Assembly: GCA_045613985.1 (NCBI GenBank)
Contig: JAZLCA010000072.1
Location: forward strand, 747-64,746
DNA length: 64,000 bases
Reading direction: 5' to 3'
From: Eubacteriales bacterium
Lineage (GTDB): Bacteria > Bacillota > Clostridia > Oscillospirales > CAG-272
The translations under genes and the position numbers were made by a program. Below are positions 9,568 to 19,553 of the stretch, piece after piece. The number at the start of each line of letters is the position of its first letter. The first letter of the stretch is position 1. The notes under the pieces are model-generated. The model ran no database searches. It was not told the origin of the DNA and saw only the letters and a program-made list of their open reading frames with translations.

Positions 9568-10278
9568 TTATTTCTCCAACGCCCGTTTGACCAAAGCCAC
9601 GGCATTCTCCGTGGGGGTACATTCGGCAGCAATGGCGGGCACGGTGCGGATTAGATCGCCTAACAGATGCGCCCCACGGATCATAGAAGGGGTATCGGTC
9701 GGGAAGACAACCTGACGGATAATACCGTTCACGTAGCCCTCGGCGGTTACGGGGCGAACCACGTCGCGCGCGCCGCGAGAAAGCAAGCAAATGCCTCGAA
9801 GCGGCACACTGGCATTCAAGCCAATCCCCTCTTTACCGCACCAAGGAGTGCCGTAAGCTAAATACGTACCGTCGCTCTGTCGGCGGAGAATGGGTTTGTC
9901 GCCGTTGATGATGGTCACGTCATCACCAAAGCACTTCTTCCACAAATTGGCATGCACCGTTTTGCCTACGCCGCGAGGCGCGACAATGGCGTAGCCCTGC
10001 CCCTTGTAAGAGAGCAACGCGGCATGCAGAACGAAGGCATCGTGATACACCAGCTTGAGCGCGAGATTTTCGTGCAGGCAGATGCACTCCGCCTGTTCCT
10101 CGGTCAGCGGGATGGGCATGGAAGCGATCTTTTTCTTGATCTGAGCGGGTGTGGCGTAGATGGAAATATCGGTAAAAGCGGAGTCGACAAGGTAGGGCTC
10201 ACAAATGCGGGCGGTCAATTCTCCGCGAGCGACAACGTCAATCAAGAGATCTGCGACTTTGATCTTAAAATGTGCCAT
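9568..10278 (-). CDS. HprK-related P-loop protein (HPr kinase C-terminal-domain-like), function unknown
   Basis: 236 aa from ATG 10278 (GGAGAA 7 nt upstream). Motif HAALLSYKGQGYAIVAPRGVGKTVHANLW resembles the HprK/ScmC-type 'HA..v...g.a....G.sG.GKS/T' nucleotide-binding loop. Confidence 0.5.
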   Translation of the reverse strand: MAHFKIKVADLLIDVVARGELTARICEPYLVDSAFTDISIYATPAQIKKKIASMPIPLTEEQAECICLHENLALKLVYHDAFVLHAALLSYKGQGYAIVAPRGVGKTVHANLWKKCFGDDVTIINGDKPILRRQSDGTYLAYGTPWCGKEGIGLNASVPLRGICLLSRGARDVVRPVTAEGYVNGIIRQVVFPTDTPSMIRGAHLLGDLIRTVPAIAAECTPTENAVALVKRALEK

Positions 10279-10484
10279 ATCTTGTTCTCCTTTCACAAAA
10301 ATATCCAAGATATATTGTATCACACTTATTTCCCATTTTCAATAGTTTTTTATAATTTTATGTGAAATACCTCAATAAAGTTGCCAAAATTTATTGACGG
10401 ATGAGGATATTTATGGTAGAATAACTGTGAATGGAGATCGCGCGGGCAAAGCGCGCTCCGATATGCCGAAAGGAGCACTTCGAT

Positions 10485-13037
10485 ATGAAAAAAACATTGC
10501 ATATCATCCCCCACTCTCACTGGGACAGAGAATGGTATCTTCCCTTTGAAAAACATCGTGTCCGCCTGATCGATCTGTTTGACAATCTCATTCAGGTCAT
10601 GGAGGAAAACGAGGATTATACCTACTACCACATGGACGGTCAGTACATCGTCATCGAGGACTATCTGGAGATCCGTCCTCAAATGCGCGACAGACTCATG
10701 AAGCTCATTCATGACGGTCGCATCCAGGTCGGTCCTTGGTATATCCTGCAGGACGAGTATCTGACCTCGGGTGAGGCTAATGTCCGTAACATGCTGTACG
10801 GCATCCGCTTCTGCCGCGAGATCGGCGCAAAGCCGGTTGAATCGGGTTACTTCCCCGATTCCTTCGGTAACGTTTCGCAGGCTCCCCAGATCGTACGCGG
10901 ATTTGGCTTTGACAACGCCATTTTCGGCCGCGGTGTTAACGACGTCGGCGCAGATAACGAGGTCGTTAAGCAAAACGGCGTGACCAAGAGTGAGATTTTG
11001 TGGCGTTCGCCCGACGGCTCTGAGGTCATCGGCGTCATGTTCGCCAACTGGTATCACAATGCTATGGAGCTTCCCACCGATCCCGATGCTTTGCGCGAGC
11101 GTCTGAAGCATATCGTTGCTTCTACCTCCCGCTTTGCTACTACCGATCACCTCTTGGGCATGAACGGCTGTGACCACCAGCCCATCCAAATGGATCTGCA
11201 CAAGGCAATCAAGCTGGCCAACGAGGTACAGGACGAGGTCATCGTCAAGCAGTCCAACTTTGGCGATTACGTTGCCGAGATCCGCAAGAACAAAGACAAC
11301 CTTACTGTATTTGAAGGCGAGATCAACGGTCAGCTGTCTGCCGGTGCTTGCCCTCTGATCAACACCGCTTCCGCACACGTAGACATCAAGCAAGACAACC
11401 ACGATGCACAGCACCTGCTCGAGCGCGTGGCAGAACCTACCTCTGTCATTGCTATGCTGAACGGCGGTAAGTACAAGCAGGATTTCTATACTTACGCTTG
11501 GAAGGTTCTGATGCAGAACCATCCTCACGACTCCATCTGCTCCTGCTCTTGTGACGAGATCTATGAGGAGATGAAGACTCGTTTTGCCAAGTCCATTGCT
11601 TGCGCTGAGCAACTGCGCGACGGCTCGTTGGATTATCTGGCGGCTTCGATCGACACCTCCGCAGCAGACGGTGAAAAGGCCATCGTCGTACTGGCTCTTG
11701 AGCCTAATGCGAGCGTTGTGACTGTTAAGGCCAACGTTGACTTCGATCTGAACGACGATATCTCCGAAATCGCTATCTTTGACGAGAACGGCAACGAGGT
11801 TCCCGCCACCATCAAGCTGATCAAGAATCAGTTTACTTATACCCTGCCCGACGACCGTTTCCGTCAGCCTAAGTATGTCAATCGCTTTGAGGTTGAGATG
11901 CTGGTCAAGACGAACGGTATCGGCTACCGCGTATTCAGCGTCAAGCGTCAGGCTGCTACCGTCAAGACGGCAGTTACTTACACCGACCGCGCTATGGAGA
12001 ACGAGTTCCTTGCCGTTAAGTTCAACGACAACGGTACCGTTGACGTAACCGACAAGAGAACGGGTCGCGTATATGCCGGTCAGAACCTGTTTGAGGACAC
12101 CCAGGACCGCGGTAACCTGTATAACTACATACAGGCAGAGGGCGACGTTGCCATTACCACCAAGGATTCCGTGGCTGACGTTTCGCTGTACGAGGTCACT
12201 CCCTACTCCGTCACCTTCAAGGCGGTCGTTCCCATGGCGATCGACGCCGACATCACCACCTACGTCACGCTGTCCGACGGCATCGCCCGCGTAGACTTCA
12301 AGACTGAAATCACCAACCGCGCCGAGGATCATAGAATCCGCGCGCTGTTTGAGTCCAACATCGACACCAAGACGGTACTGGCCGAAGGTCAGTTCGACCT
12401 GGTTCGCCGCGACATTCAGCCCGCCTTCACTTGGAAGAATCCCTGTAACGCACAGCGCGATCAGGCGTTCGTAACGCTGGAATCCGAAAACGGCGTTGAC
12501 GCTTTGATGGTTGCCAACCGCGGTCTTTGCGAGTACGAGGTCCTGCGTGACGGTCGCAACACGTTGGCTATTACCCTGTTGCGTAGCATCGGTCAGATTG
12601 GCGACTGGGGCGTATTCCCCACACCTCTCGGCCAGAAGAAGGGTACCTGGACGCTGGAGTACTCCATGATCCCCTATCAGACCACCGACAAGGCTACGGC
12701 TTACGGTCTGGGCTACGTCTTTGCCGGTCCCGCCACTCTGGCAATCGGTACCGAAAAGCACGAGGGTAAGTTGCCCGCCGCTGCTGATTACGTTCGTTTT
12801 GACAACGAGTATATCCGCATGTCCGCCTTCAAGAAGGCTGAGTACAATGACAATGTCATCCTGCGTCTGTTCAACACGAGCGAGGAGGCCGTCGTCCTGA
12901 CGATTGACGCCCCCGCCTTCACCGCCGCTGCCCTGACCAATCTGGGCGAAGAAAAGATCTCTGATTTGGAGATCAAGGACGGCAAGATCACGCTGGACGT
13001 TGCCGCGAAGAAGATCGTAACGATCGAATTGATCTAA
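10485..13037 (+). CDS. Glycoside hydrolase family 38 alpha-mannosidase (MngB-like, cytoplasmic)
   Basis: 850 aa from ATG 10485 (AGGAG 10471-10475). N-terminal GH38 signature KTLHIIPHSHWDREWYLPFE and HDSICSCSCDE. No signal peptide. Confidence 0.9.
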   Translation: MKKTLHIIPHSHWDREWYLPFEKHRVRLIDLFDNLIQVMEENEDYTYYHMDGQYIVIEDYLEIRPQMRDRLMKLIHDGRIQVGPWYILQDEYLTSGEANVRNMLYGIRFCREIGAKPVESGYFPDSFGNVSQAPQIVRGFGFDNAIFGRGVNDVGADNEVVKQNGVTKSEILWRSPDGSEVIGVMFANWYHNAMELPTDPDALRERLKHIVASTSRFATTDHLLGMNGCDHQPIQMDLHKAIKLANEVQDEVIVKQSNFGDYVAEIRKNKDNLTVFEGEINGQLSAGACPLINTASAHVDIKQDNHDAQHLLERVAEPTSVIAMLNGGKYKQDFYTYAWKVLMQNHPHDSICSCSCDEIYEEMKTRFAKSIACAEQLRDGSLDYLAASIDTSAADGEKAIVVLALEPNASVVTVKANVDFDLNDDISEIAIFDENGNEVPATIKLIKNQFTYTLPDDRFRQPKYVNRFEVEMLVKTNGIGYRVFSVKRQAATVKTAVTYTDRAMENEFLAVKFNDNGTVDVTDKRTGRVYAGQNLFEDTQDRGNLYNYIQAEGDVAITTKDSVADVSLYEVTPYSVTFKAVVPMAIDADITTYVTLSDGIARVDFKTEITNRAEDHRIRALFESNIDTKTVLAEGQFDLVRRDIQPAFTWKNPCNAQRDQAFVTLESENGVDALMVANRGLCEYEVLRDGRNTLAITLLRSIGQIGDWGVFPTPLGQKKGTWTLEYSMIPYQTTDKATAYGLGYVFAGPATLAIGTEKHEGKLPAAADYVRFDNEYIRMSAFKKAEYNDNVILRLFNTSEEAVVLTIDAPAFTAAALTNLGEEKISDLEIKDGKITLDVAAKKIVTIELI

Positions 13038-13050
13038 TTGAATTTTATAC

Positions 13051-13088
13051 GGGAGAGGGGACACTTTTTCAAAAGTGTCCCCTCTCCC
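13051..13088 (+). terminator. Long perfect hairpin after the GH38 gene
   Basis: 18-bp stem GGGAGAGGGGACACTTTT (13051-13068) / AAAAGTGTCCCCTCTCCC (13071-13088); followed by GTGCCCTTTTCC. Confidence 0.65.
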
Positions 13089-13115
13089 GTGCCCTTTTCC
13101 CCACAAAACTTTTAT

Positions 13116-13156
13116 AAAAAATGGCAATTACGCTCGCCGCGCAGTTGCCATTTTTT
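13116..13156. terminator. Second hairpin in the convergent intergenic region (bidirectional A/T-flanked)
   Basis: AAAAAATGGCAA (13116-13127) / TTGCCATTTTTT (13145-13156) with a 17-nt loop. Confidence 0.4.
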
Positions 13157-13171
13157 AGATTTTCGAAAAGG

Positions 13172-13203
13172 GGGGAGAAACCTTTGGAAAAAGGCTTCTC
13201 CCC
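13172..13203 (-). terminator. Hairpin terminator after the nfeD-stomatin operon
   Basis: GGGGAGAAACC (13172-13182) / GGCTTCTCCCC (13193-13203), one mismatch. On the minus strand it is followed by CCTTTTCGAAAA. Confidence 0.5.
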
Positions 13204-13222
13204 TGCACCGTATTTATCTCTA

Positions 13223-14212
13223 TTATTCGTCCTTCTTGGCCAATTCAGCCGCGCTGGTCACCAGACCCGCAAGGCTCTGGATCTCGGAAGGAATGATGAT
13301 CTTGGTTGCCTTACCGTCGGCAGCCTTGGCAAATGCCTCCAGGCTCTTGATGGCGATAACGCCCTCACCGGGTGCGGCCTCGTTGATCATGCGGATACCG
13401 GCAGCAGTTGCTTCCTGCACCTGACGGATAGCTTCAGCTTCACCCTCTGCCTCACGAATCGCAGCTTCCTTGAGTGCCTCTGCCTTCAAAATAGCGGCCT
13501 GCTTTTCGGCCTCTGCCTTCAGAATAGCGGCTTCCTTCTGACCTTCGGCCACAAGGACGGCAGACTTCTTTTCACCTTCCGCACGCAGAATGGACTCGCG
13601 GCGCTCGCGCTCTGCCTTCATCTGCTTTTCCATAGCATCCTGAATTTCCTTGGGAGGAATGATATTCTTAAGCTCGACACGGTTGACCTTGATACCCCAA
13701 GGGTCGGTTGCTTCGTCCAGAATGGCACGCATCTGGGTGTTGATCACGTCACGGCTGGTCAACGTGCTGTCCAGTTCCAAGTCACCGATGATGTTACGCA
13801 GCGTCGTAGCAGTCAGGTTTTCGATAGCGGCCATAGGGGTGGTGTGACCGTAGGCAAACAGCTTACAGTCGGTGATCTGATAGAACACGACGGTGTCGAT
13901 CTGCATACGGACGTTATCCTTGGTAATAACAGGCTGAGGCGGGAAATCGGCTACCTGCTCCATCAAGTTGACGCGCTTTGCAATGCGATCAAAGAAGGGC
14001 AGCTTGACGTGAAGTCCGGTCGACCAGGTCGCGTGGTAGGCGCCAAGACGCTCGACGACAAATGCCTGCGCCTGGGGAACAATATGGATGTTGGAAATGA
14101 GCAAAACGAATAACAAAACAACGATAGCACCGATGATGACGAAAAGAGCCGTATAATCGGGAGCTTGGGTGGCAGCATCTGCAGCAGCCGTCAAAAGATT
14201 GATGAAAGACAT
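13223..14212 (-). CDS. SPFH/band-7 stomatin-prohibitin homologue (QmcA/YbbK-like)
   Basis: 329 aa. N-terminal TM helix, then IHIVPQAQAFVVERLGAYHATWSTGLHVKLPFFDRI and a coiled-coil EA/KA-rich C-terminal region. Lies downstream of an NfeD gene. Confidence 0.9.
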   Translation of the reverse strand: MSFINLLTAAADAATQAPDYTALFVIIGAIVVLLFVLLISNIHIVPQAQAFVVERLGAYHATWSTGLHVKLPFFDRIAKRVNLMEQVADFPPQPVITKDNVRMQIDTVVFYQITDCKLFAYGHTTPMAAIENLTATTLRNIIGDLELDSTLTSRDVINTQMRAILDEATDPWGIKVNRVELKNIIPPKEIQDAMEKQMKAERERRESILRAEGEKKSAVLVAEGQKEAAILKAEAEKQAAILKAEALKEAAIREAEGEAEAIRQVQEATAAGIRMINEAAPGEGVIAIKSLEAFAKAADGKATKIIIPSEIQSLAGLVTSAAELAKKDE

Positions 14213-14242
14213 AACTTTTCCTCCTTAAAATTGATTTATTTT

Positions 14243-14656
14243 TTATTTTTTACGACAAATCAGCTTTACGCCCTCAACAGCCAGAACGATCACCTGATCG
14301 CCCGGTACAAGCGTTTCCTTTTCATTCTTGGCCCGTGCGGTCCAAACCTGACCCCCCAGCTTGGCAGCTCCTCTGCCCTCAATGTTGTTGACCTCTTCGA
14401 TGATCAGAGCCGTTTTGCCAATCACGGAATCAACGTTGGTCTTGGTTTTCTTACGCTTGATGGTAAGTCCCAAAAACAGCGTCACCACCGATGTGACCGC
14501 AAAGGCAACGATCTGCCAGTGCAACTCCAAATTCAACAGAGACAGCGTCAGGGCAAGCAATGCTCCCGGCACAAACCAAATACTGATCAGGCTCATGGTA
14601 GCCGCCTCCAGAAGCAGTGCTACGACGACCACGGCCATCCATACATAGGATAACAT
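14243..14656 (-). CDS. NfeD-family membrane protein (stomatin partner)
   Basis: 137 aa. Three hydrophobic helices plus a C-terminal OB-like domain (GKTALIIEEV..GRGAAKLGGQVWTARA...GDQVIVLAVEGVKL). Confidence 0.85.
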   Translation of the reverse strand: MLSYVWMAVVVVALLLEAATMSLISIWFVPGALLALTLSLLNLELHWQIVAFAVTSVVTLFLGLTIKRKKTKTNVDSVIGKTALIIEEVNNIEGRGAAKLGGQVWTARAKNEKETLVPGDQVIVLAVEGVKLICRKK

Positions 14657-14710
14657 ATTCGTGACTCCTCCTTTATGTTTTTTTAATTTCGTTTTGGTTG
14701 CTGTATATAC

Positions 14711-14739
14711 ATTGTAACACGCAGTCGCGTGATTGTCAA
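14711..14739 (-). promoter_or_regulatory. Consensus sigma-A promoter for nfeD-stomatin
   Basis: Minus strand reads TTGACA (14739-14734), 17-nt spacer, TACAAT (14716-14711). Confidence 0.6.
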
Positions 14740-14771
14740 TAGTCTGTCATAAACTTTTTTTGTTTTTTTAC

Positions 14772-15467
14772 TCAATGGCGGGTAAAACGGGAGATATGCT
14801 CGATCAGGAAACTGTCTCCTTCGGGACGCAACACAAACATCAAGTCACAACCTACATCCACACCGCGAATCTCACCGATATCCTCACGGAACGTACCATT
14901 ATTACGGGAAATTTTATAGAACACCTTGTAGACCTCTTTGTTCTCATCCTCGCTGTGATACGGCTCAACATAGATGTCATATACCATCTGCTCGGTAAAA
15001 TCCTCGGGAATTTCATATGTGCCGTCATAGTCCTGCGCAAAAAAATCGGCATACGTTTCGGCATCGCCCAACATAATGGATTCAAAATAATAGTAGAAGA
15101 AGCGTATCTCCGGAGCAGAAGTAGCAAGATCTTCCTCTTCCAACGAATAGGTGGCACCCGAATCAACGTCATAATAATGCACGCGATGATCCATTTGCGC
15201 GTAATACTCATCTCTCATGATATCCGACTCCCAATCGGGCGGATAAAGCTTGATGTTTTCATCGATAGGAATGGGGGGCATTTCCTTTTGAAACCACGTT
15301 TCGGGCGCCAAAAGCACGAACAAGCCATATAAAACAACAATCGCAACGCCTACAATGAGGATCGTCTTCACGATCTTCTTTCGCTTTTCCATGTTTTTTG
15401 CATCAGCGGACGGCTGCGGCACCATCGCTTCTTCCCGTTCTTCTATTGGAACGTTTTTTTCATTCAC
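14772..15467 (-). CDS. Membrane-anchored hypothetical protein
   Basis: 231 aa. Charged N-terminus, one TM helix (ILIVGVAIVVLYGLFVLLA), then an acidic Tyr/Asp/Glu-rich ectodomain. No family recognised. Confidence 0.6.
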   Translation of the reverse strand: MNEKNVPIEEREEAMVPQPSADAKNMEKRKKIVKTILIVGVAIVVLYGLFVLLAPETWFQKEMPPIPIDENIKLYPPDWESDIMRDEYYAQMDHRVHYYDVDSGATYSLEEEDLATSAPEIRFFYYYFESIMLGDAETYADFFAQDYDGTYEIPEDFTEQMVYDIYVEPYHSEDENKEVYKVFYKISRNNGTFREDIGEIRGVDVGCDLMFVLRPEGDSFLIEHISRFTRH

Positions 15468-15586
15468 AGATATTATTTCCTTTCTATCCTATTACTTTAT
15501 TCTTATTTTATCACATTGTCACAAGTTTTGCAACGGGTCGGACAAAGTATTTTGTGTTTTTTTCAAAAATAAAGTTGTCAAAAATA

Positions 15587-15615
15587 TTGTATCTTTTCTA
15601 CAAATATGATATAAT
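15587..15615 (+). promoter_or_regulatory. Promoter for the lepB-rbgA-rnhB block (extended -10)
   Basis: TTGTAT (15587-15592), 17 nt, TGa-TATAAT (15607-15615). Confidence 0.5.
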
Positions 15616-15674
15616 GTAGACTGTATAGATTTATCCGTCCGTCACCTTGGGTGCGGATGAAAAAGGAGTTTCGC

Positions 15675-16430
15675 ATGTCCGACTGGAATGAGTTGGATCA
15701 AGAGGCGACCGAGTTCCCTCAAGATCCGGAGACACAAAATATTACAGATGATCCTGCCGCTCCGCCCCGGGATGACGAAGATGCGTCTTTGACCGAGGAT
15801 AACGGTGGCGAGGAAAAAAAGAAATTTTCCCTTGGCACTTTGCTGCTCGAATACGTCGAGCTGTTTGTCACCTGCCTTGGTGTCGTTTTGATCATTTTTT
15901 CCATGATCTTCCGCATATGTACCGTATCGGGAGATTCCATGCTCCCTACCTTGAGGGACGGTGAGCTTTTGCTCATAAGCAATCTGTTCTACGAGCCGGA
16001 GTCGGGAGATATCATCATCTTCCACCAAACCAGCGAAACGCATGAACGCTTTAACGAGCCTATCGTCAAACGCGTCATCGCCACCGAGGGACAGCGAGTT
16101 TACATTGATTTTACGCTCGGCACCATCGAGGTTGACGGCATCGTCCTGCAAGAAGATTATATTCAGTTGGTCAATTCTCTGGGCTATCAAACGGGAGAGT
16201 ACACTTTGTTTGCCGAACACAATTTCCAAATGGTTCCTTCTCCGCAAGGCACGACTCACCGCATTTTTGAAGCCACCGTTCCCAAGGGTTGTCTGTTCGT
16301 CATGGGCGACAACCGCAACAATTCCGCCGACAGCCGCACCAAAGTCATCAGCTTCGTAGACGAACGCCGTGTGCTGGGACAGGTCTTGTTCCGCGTTGGC
16401 GAAGACGGCGATTTCAAGCCGGTCAATTAA
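15675..16430 (+). CDS. lepB: Signal peptidase I (bacterial Ser-Lys type, S26A)
   Basis: SGDSMLPTLRDGELLLI (Ser box), KRVIATEGQ (Lys box), VMGDNRNNSADSR. Start set at ATG 15675, 6 nt after AAGGAG (15663-15668). Confidence 0.9.
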   Translation: MSDWNELDQEATEFPQDPETQNITDDPAAPPRDDEDASLTEDNGGEEKKKFSLGTLLLEYVELFVTCLGVVLIIFSMIFRICTVSGDSMLPTLRDGELLLISNLFYEPESGDIIIFHQTSETHERFNEPIVKRVIATEGQRVYIDFTLGTIEVDGIVLQEDYIQLVNSLGYQTGEYTLFAEHNFQMVPSPQGTTHRIFEATVPKGCLFVMGDNRNNSADSRTKVISFVDERRVLGQVLFRVGEDGDFKPVN

Positions 16431-16455
16431 CAAATAACAATAAGGAAGGTCCTCT

Positions 16456-17364
16456 ATGCCATCGACACAAATTCAATGGTTTCCGGGACACATGGCCAAA
16501 ACGCGCCGTCTGATCACCGAAAACCTGAAAAACGTAGACCTGATCATTGAGGTCTTGGATGCACGCATTCCATACAGCTCACGCAACCCCGAGCTGCCCC
16601 GCCTGATCGGCAACAAACCCGCGCTGATTCTCTTGAACAAGTCCGCGCTTGCCGATCCCGAAAAGACCAAGCGTTTTGCAGAATTGTACCGCAGTGAAAC
16701 GGTGCGCTGTCTTGCCATTGACTGTTTGACGGGCGAAGGCATCAACCGTATTCTGCCCACCGTACAGGAAATTCTCAAGGACAAAACAGAAAAATACGAA
16801 AGCCGCGGCATGGCGGGCCGACGTCTGCGCGCCATGATCTTAGGTATTCCCAACGTTGGAAAGTCTACCCTGATCAACAAGCTGGTCGGCAACAAAAAGG
16901 CCAAGGTGGAAAGCCGCCCCGGTGTTACTGTGGACAAGGCATGGTACTCTACCTCGATCGGCATCGATCTGATGGATATGCCTGGACTTCTCTGGCCCAA
17001 ATTTGAGGATCACATTGTAGGCGAGAATTTAGCCATGACGGGTGCCATCAAGGACGCCATTCTCGATATCGAGACCATCGCCATGCGACTGTGCGGTCGC
17101 TTGCGTGATCAGTATCCTGCTCTCCTGCTGTCTCGTTATCCTATCGCAAAAGCCGTGGAAGAACTCAGCGAATACGACGATTTCGATCTGATGGAGGCCA
17201 TCGGCCGCCGCCGCGGAATGCTCATTTCGGGTGGCGAAGTCAATATCGAGCGCACTGCCAATATGCTCATCGATGAATTCCGCTCGGCCAAGATCGGACG
17301 CATCACGCTGGATCGTCTGCCCCAAAAGAACAAAAACGAAGAAGGTGACGGCCATGAACAATGA
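16456..17364 (+). CDS. rbgA: Ribosome biogenesis GTPase A (YlqF/RbgA)
   Basis: [40 protein letters not shown], circularly permuted GTPase motifs (LLNKSAL ... [14 protein letters not shown]). Confidence 0.9.
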   Translation: MPSTQIQWFPGHMAKTRRLITENLKNVDLIIEVLDARIPYSSRNPELPRLIGNKPALILLNKSALADPEKTKRFAELYRSETVRCLAIDCLTGEGINRILPTVQEILKDKTEKYESRGMAGRRLRAMILGIPNVGKSTLINKLVGNKKAKVESRPGVTVDKAWYSTSIGIDLMDMPGLLWPKFEDHIVGENLAMTGAIKDAILDIETIAMRLCGRLRDQYPALLLSRYPIAKAVEELSEYDDFDLMEAIGRRRGMLISGGEVNIERTANMLIDEFRSAKIGRITLDRLPQKNKNEEGDGHEQ

Positions 17365-18115
17365 CGTTGCCGAGTTAACGTATTTCAAGCAAGCCGGATT
17401 CACTCTCATCTGCGGCACAGACGAAGCGGGGCGCGGTCCTTTGTGCGGTCCTGTGGTCGCCGCGGCCTGTATCCTGCCCGAAGGCGTGACCATAGCCGGA
17501 CTCAACGACTCCAAAAAGCTGACCGCTAAAAAGCGGGATAAGCTGTTCGACGAGATCAAAGAAAAAGCACTGACCTATTGCATCGCCCAATCGAGCGTCG
17601 AGGAGATCAATCGCTACAATATTCTTGAAGCGTCCCTCCTTGCCATGCGACGGGCCATCGCTGGCCTGTATCCCCTCCCCGAGGCTGCTTTGATCGACGG
17701 AAACGTTGAACGTGATTTCCCCCTGCCCGCCCGCGCCGTCATTCACGGCGATGCCCTCGTTCCCGATATTGCCGCGGCTTCGATTCTTGCCAAGGTCACC
17801 CGTGATCGCGGCTGTATTGAATTGGATGCACAATATCCCCAATACGGCATTGCGGGCCACAAGGGCTACGGCACCAAAGCGCATATGAATGCTTTGCGGG
17901 AGCACGGTCCTTCTCCCATTCACCGTGCGAGATTTATTCGTTTTTTACATCCTGACGCACCGGATGATACCGAGGCGCGCCCCGAGGATATTGCCCTGGC
18001 CAAAAGCCCCGCATCTTACGCTTTCCCAACCAACTGCCGCAAGTGTTCGTACAATGACGTCCGCGACCTTTTGCCCGAATGGATCCTCGATTTCAAGCAC
18101 GGAGAGACGGTATGA
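17354..18115 (+). CDS. rnhB: Ribonuclease HII
   Basis: [52 protein letters not shown] 17354 overlaps the rbgA 3' end; the longer ORF-track start is rejected. Confidence 0.9.
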   Translation: MNNDVAELTYFKQAGFTLICGTDEAGRGPLCGPVVAAACILPEGVTIAGLNDSKKLTAKKRDKLFDEIKEKALTYCIAQSSVEEINRYNILEASLLAMRRAIAGLYPLPEAALIDGNVERDFPLPARAVIHGDALVPDIAAASILAKVTRDRGCIELDAQYPQYGIAGHKGYGTKAHMNALREHGPSPIHRARFIRFLHPDAPDDTEARPEDIALAKSPASYAFPTNCRKCSYNDVRDLLPEWILDFKHGETV

Positions 18116-18513
18116 GCAATCAAAAAGCAACCGTGGGGCTGACGGGTGAGGACGTCGCCGCCCGATTTTTAGAGCAAAACGGTTTTACCATCGTGGAGCG
18201 CAATTATCGCAGCGGTCATCAGGAGATCGATATTATTGCCCGCAACGAAGAATTTCTGATCTTCGTGGAGGTCAAGACACGCTCCTGCCATTTACCCGAG
18301 GACTTGAAATACGGTCGCCCCTCCCAAGCAGTGGGAGCCGCTAAGCAGCGACATATCGTCACGGCGGCCAAAAATTATTTGAGAGGACATCCCGAGAACA
18401 CGTTGCAGCCACGCCTGGACGTCATCGAGGTTTATCTCAAAAAAACGGTCGAGGGTGCCCCGCCTCATCTGTTGAATATCCATCACATACGTAATGCATT
18501 CCTCGCCAAATGA
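18112..18513 (+). CDS. yraN: YraN-family (UPF0102) endonuclease-like protein
   Basis: [50 protein letters not shown] overlap with the rnhB stop. Confidence 0.85.
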   Translation: MSNQKATVGLTGEDVAARFLEQNGFTIVERNYRSGHQEIDIIARNEEFLIFVEVKTRSCHLPEDLKYGRPSQAVGAAKQRHIVTAAKNYLRGHPENTLQPRLDVIEVYLKKTVEGAPPHLLNIHHIRNAFLAK

Positions 18514-18533
18514 GGAGAAAAGGAGTCTTCATT

Positions 18534-19481
18534 ATGAATCTCGATTACATCGATCTGCACTGTGATACGGCCCTTGAGCTGTATCGCAAGAATCAGCAAT
18601 TGCAAACCAACCATCTGGCCATCTCGCTCGACAATGCTGCCGCCTACCATCGCTACGCCCAGTTCTTTGCTATCTGGGGCAGCTACAAGCGGACCGATGA
18701 GCAGATCTACGATGATTTTATCACAGTTTCGGACCATTTTGACCGTCTGATTGCCGAAAACGACAGTATCTGCCGCGTGCGCACTGCAAACGATCTTGCC
18801 ACTGCCTGGCACAACGAAAAGGTCGCCGCGTTTCTTGCCGTAGAGGACGCACGTCTTCTGGCAGGCAACCTTGAGCGTCTGGACGAGCTGGCCGCTCGCG
18901 GCGTCAAGTATCTTACGCTGATGTGGGCGGGCGAGAGCTGCATCGGCGGCGCCCACAATACCGAGACGGGATTGACCGATTTCGGCAAAGAGGTCGTGCG
19001 GGGCTGTTTTGAACGAGGGATTATTCCCGATATTTCGCACGCATCGGCTAAGAGTGCCGACGATATTCTTACGTTGGCAGAACAAGCGGGACGTCCCGTC
19101 ATTGCCACCCACTCCAACGCCTATGCCGTGTGGGGTCATTCCCGCAATCTCAGGGATGAGCATTTCAAGCGTTTGATCGCTCTGGGCGGTATCGTCGGAC
19201 TTAACCTTTGCGCGCATCACGTCAAGGATTGTGACAACCAAGGCTATGCGCGCCCCGAGGATATGCTTCCCCATATTGAGCATTTTATCTCCCTTGGCGG
19301 CGAAGACCATATCGCCATCGGTGGAGACCTGGACGGCGCGTCGTTGCCCGAGGGCATTTCCACCGTTGACAACGTAACTCTTCTTGCCGAAGCTATGGCG
19401 CAACGAGGATACTCCGAGACACTCATCCGCAAAATCTTCGGCGGCAACGCTCTTCGTTTTATTGAACGTCACATTGGCTAA
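18534..19481 (+). CDS. Membrane dipeptidase family (peptidase M19)
   Basis: IDLHCDTA, ISHASAKS, IATHSNAYAV, AIGGDLDG metal-ligand motifs. ATG 18534 follows AAGGAG. Confidence 0.85.
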   Translation: MNLDYIDLHCDTALELYRKNQQLQTNHLAISLDNAAAYHRYAQFFAIWGSYKRTDEQIYDDFITVSDHFDRLIAENDSICRVRTANDLATAWHNEKVAAFLAVEDARLLAGNLERLDELAARGVKYLTLMWAGESCIGGAHNTETGLTDFGKEVVRGCFERGIIPDISHASAKSADDILTLAEQAGRPVIATHSNAYAVWGHSRNLRDEHFKRLIALGGIVGLNLCAHHVKDCDNQGYARPEDMLPHIEHFISLGGEDHIAIGGDLDGASLPEGISTVDNVTLLAEAMAQRGYSETLIRKIFGGNALRFIERHIG

Positions 19482-19553
19482 ATCTGCCGATAACAGATAC
19501 CCGCTAACCCCAAATACATTTTTCAAGTTACACCGAAAGGATCACCAAAAGCC

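Noticed and set aside
10350-13127. 925-aa ORF antisense to the GH38 gene
   Set aside because: This is the same shadow-ORF pattern. There is no RBS or motif support, and the plus-strand GH38 signatures are unambiguous.
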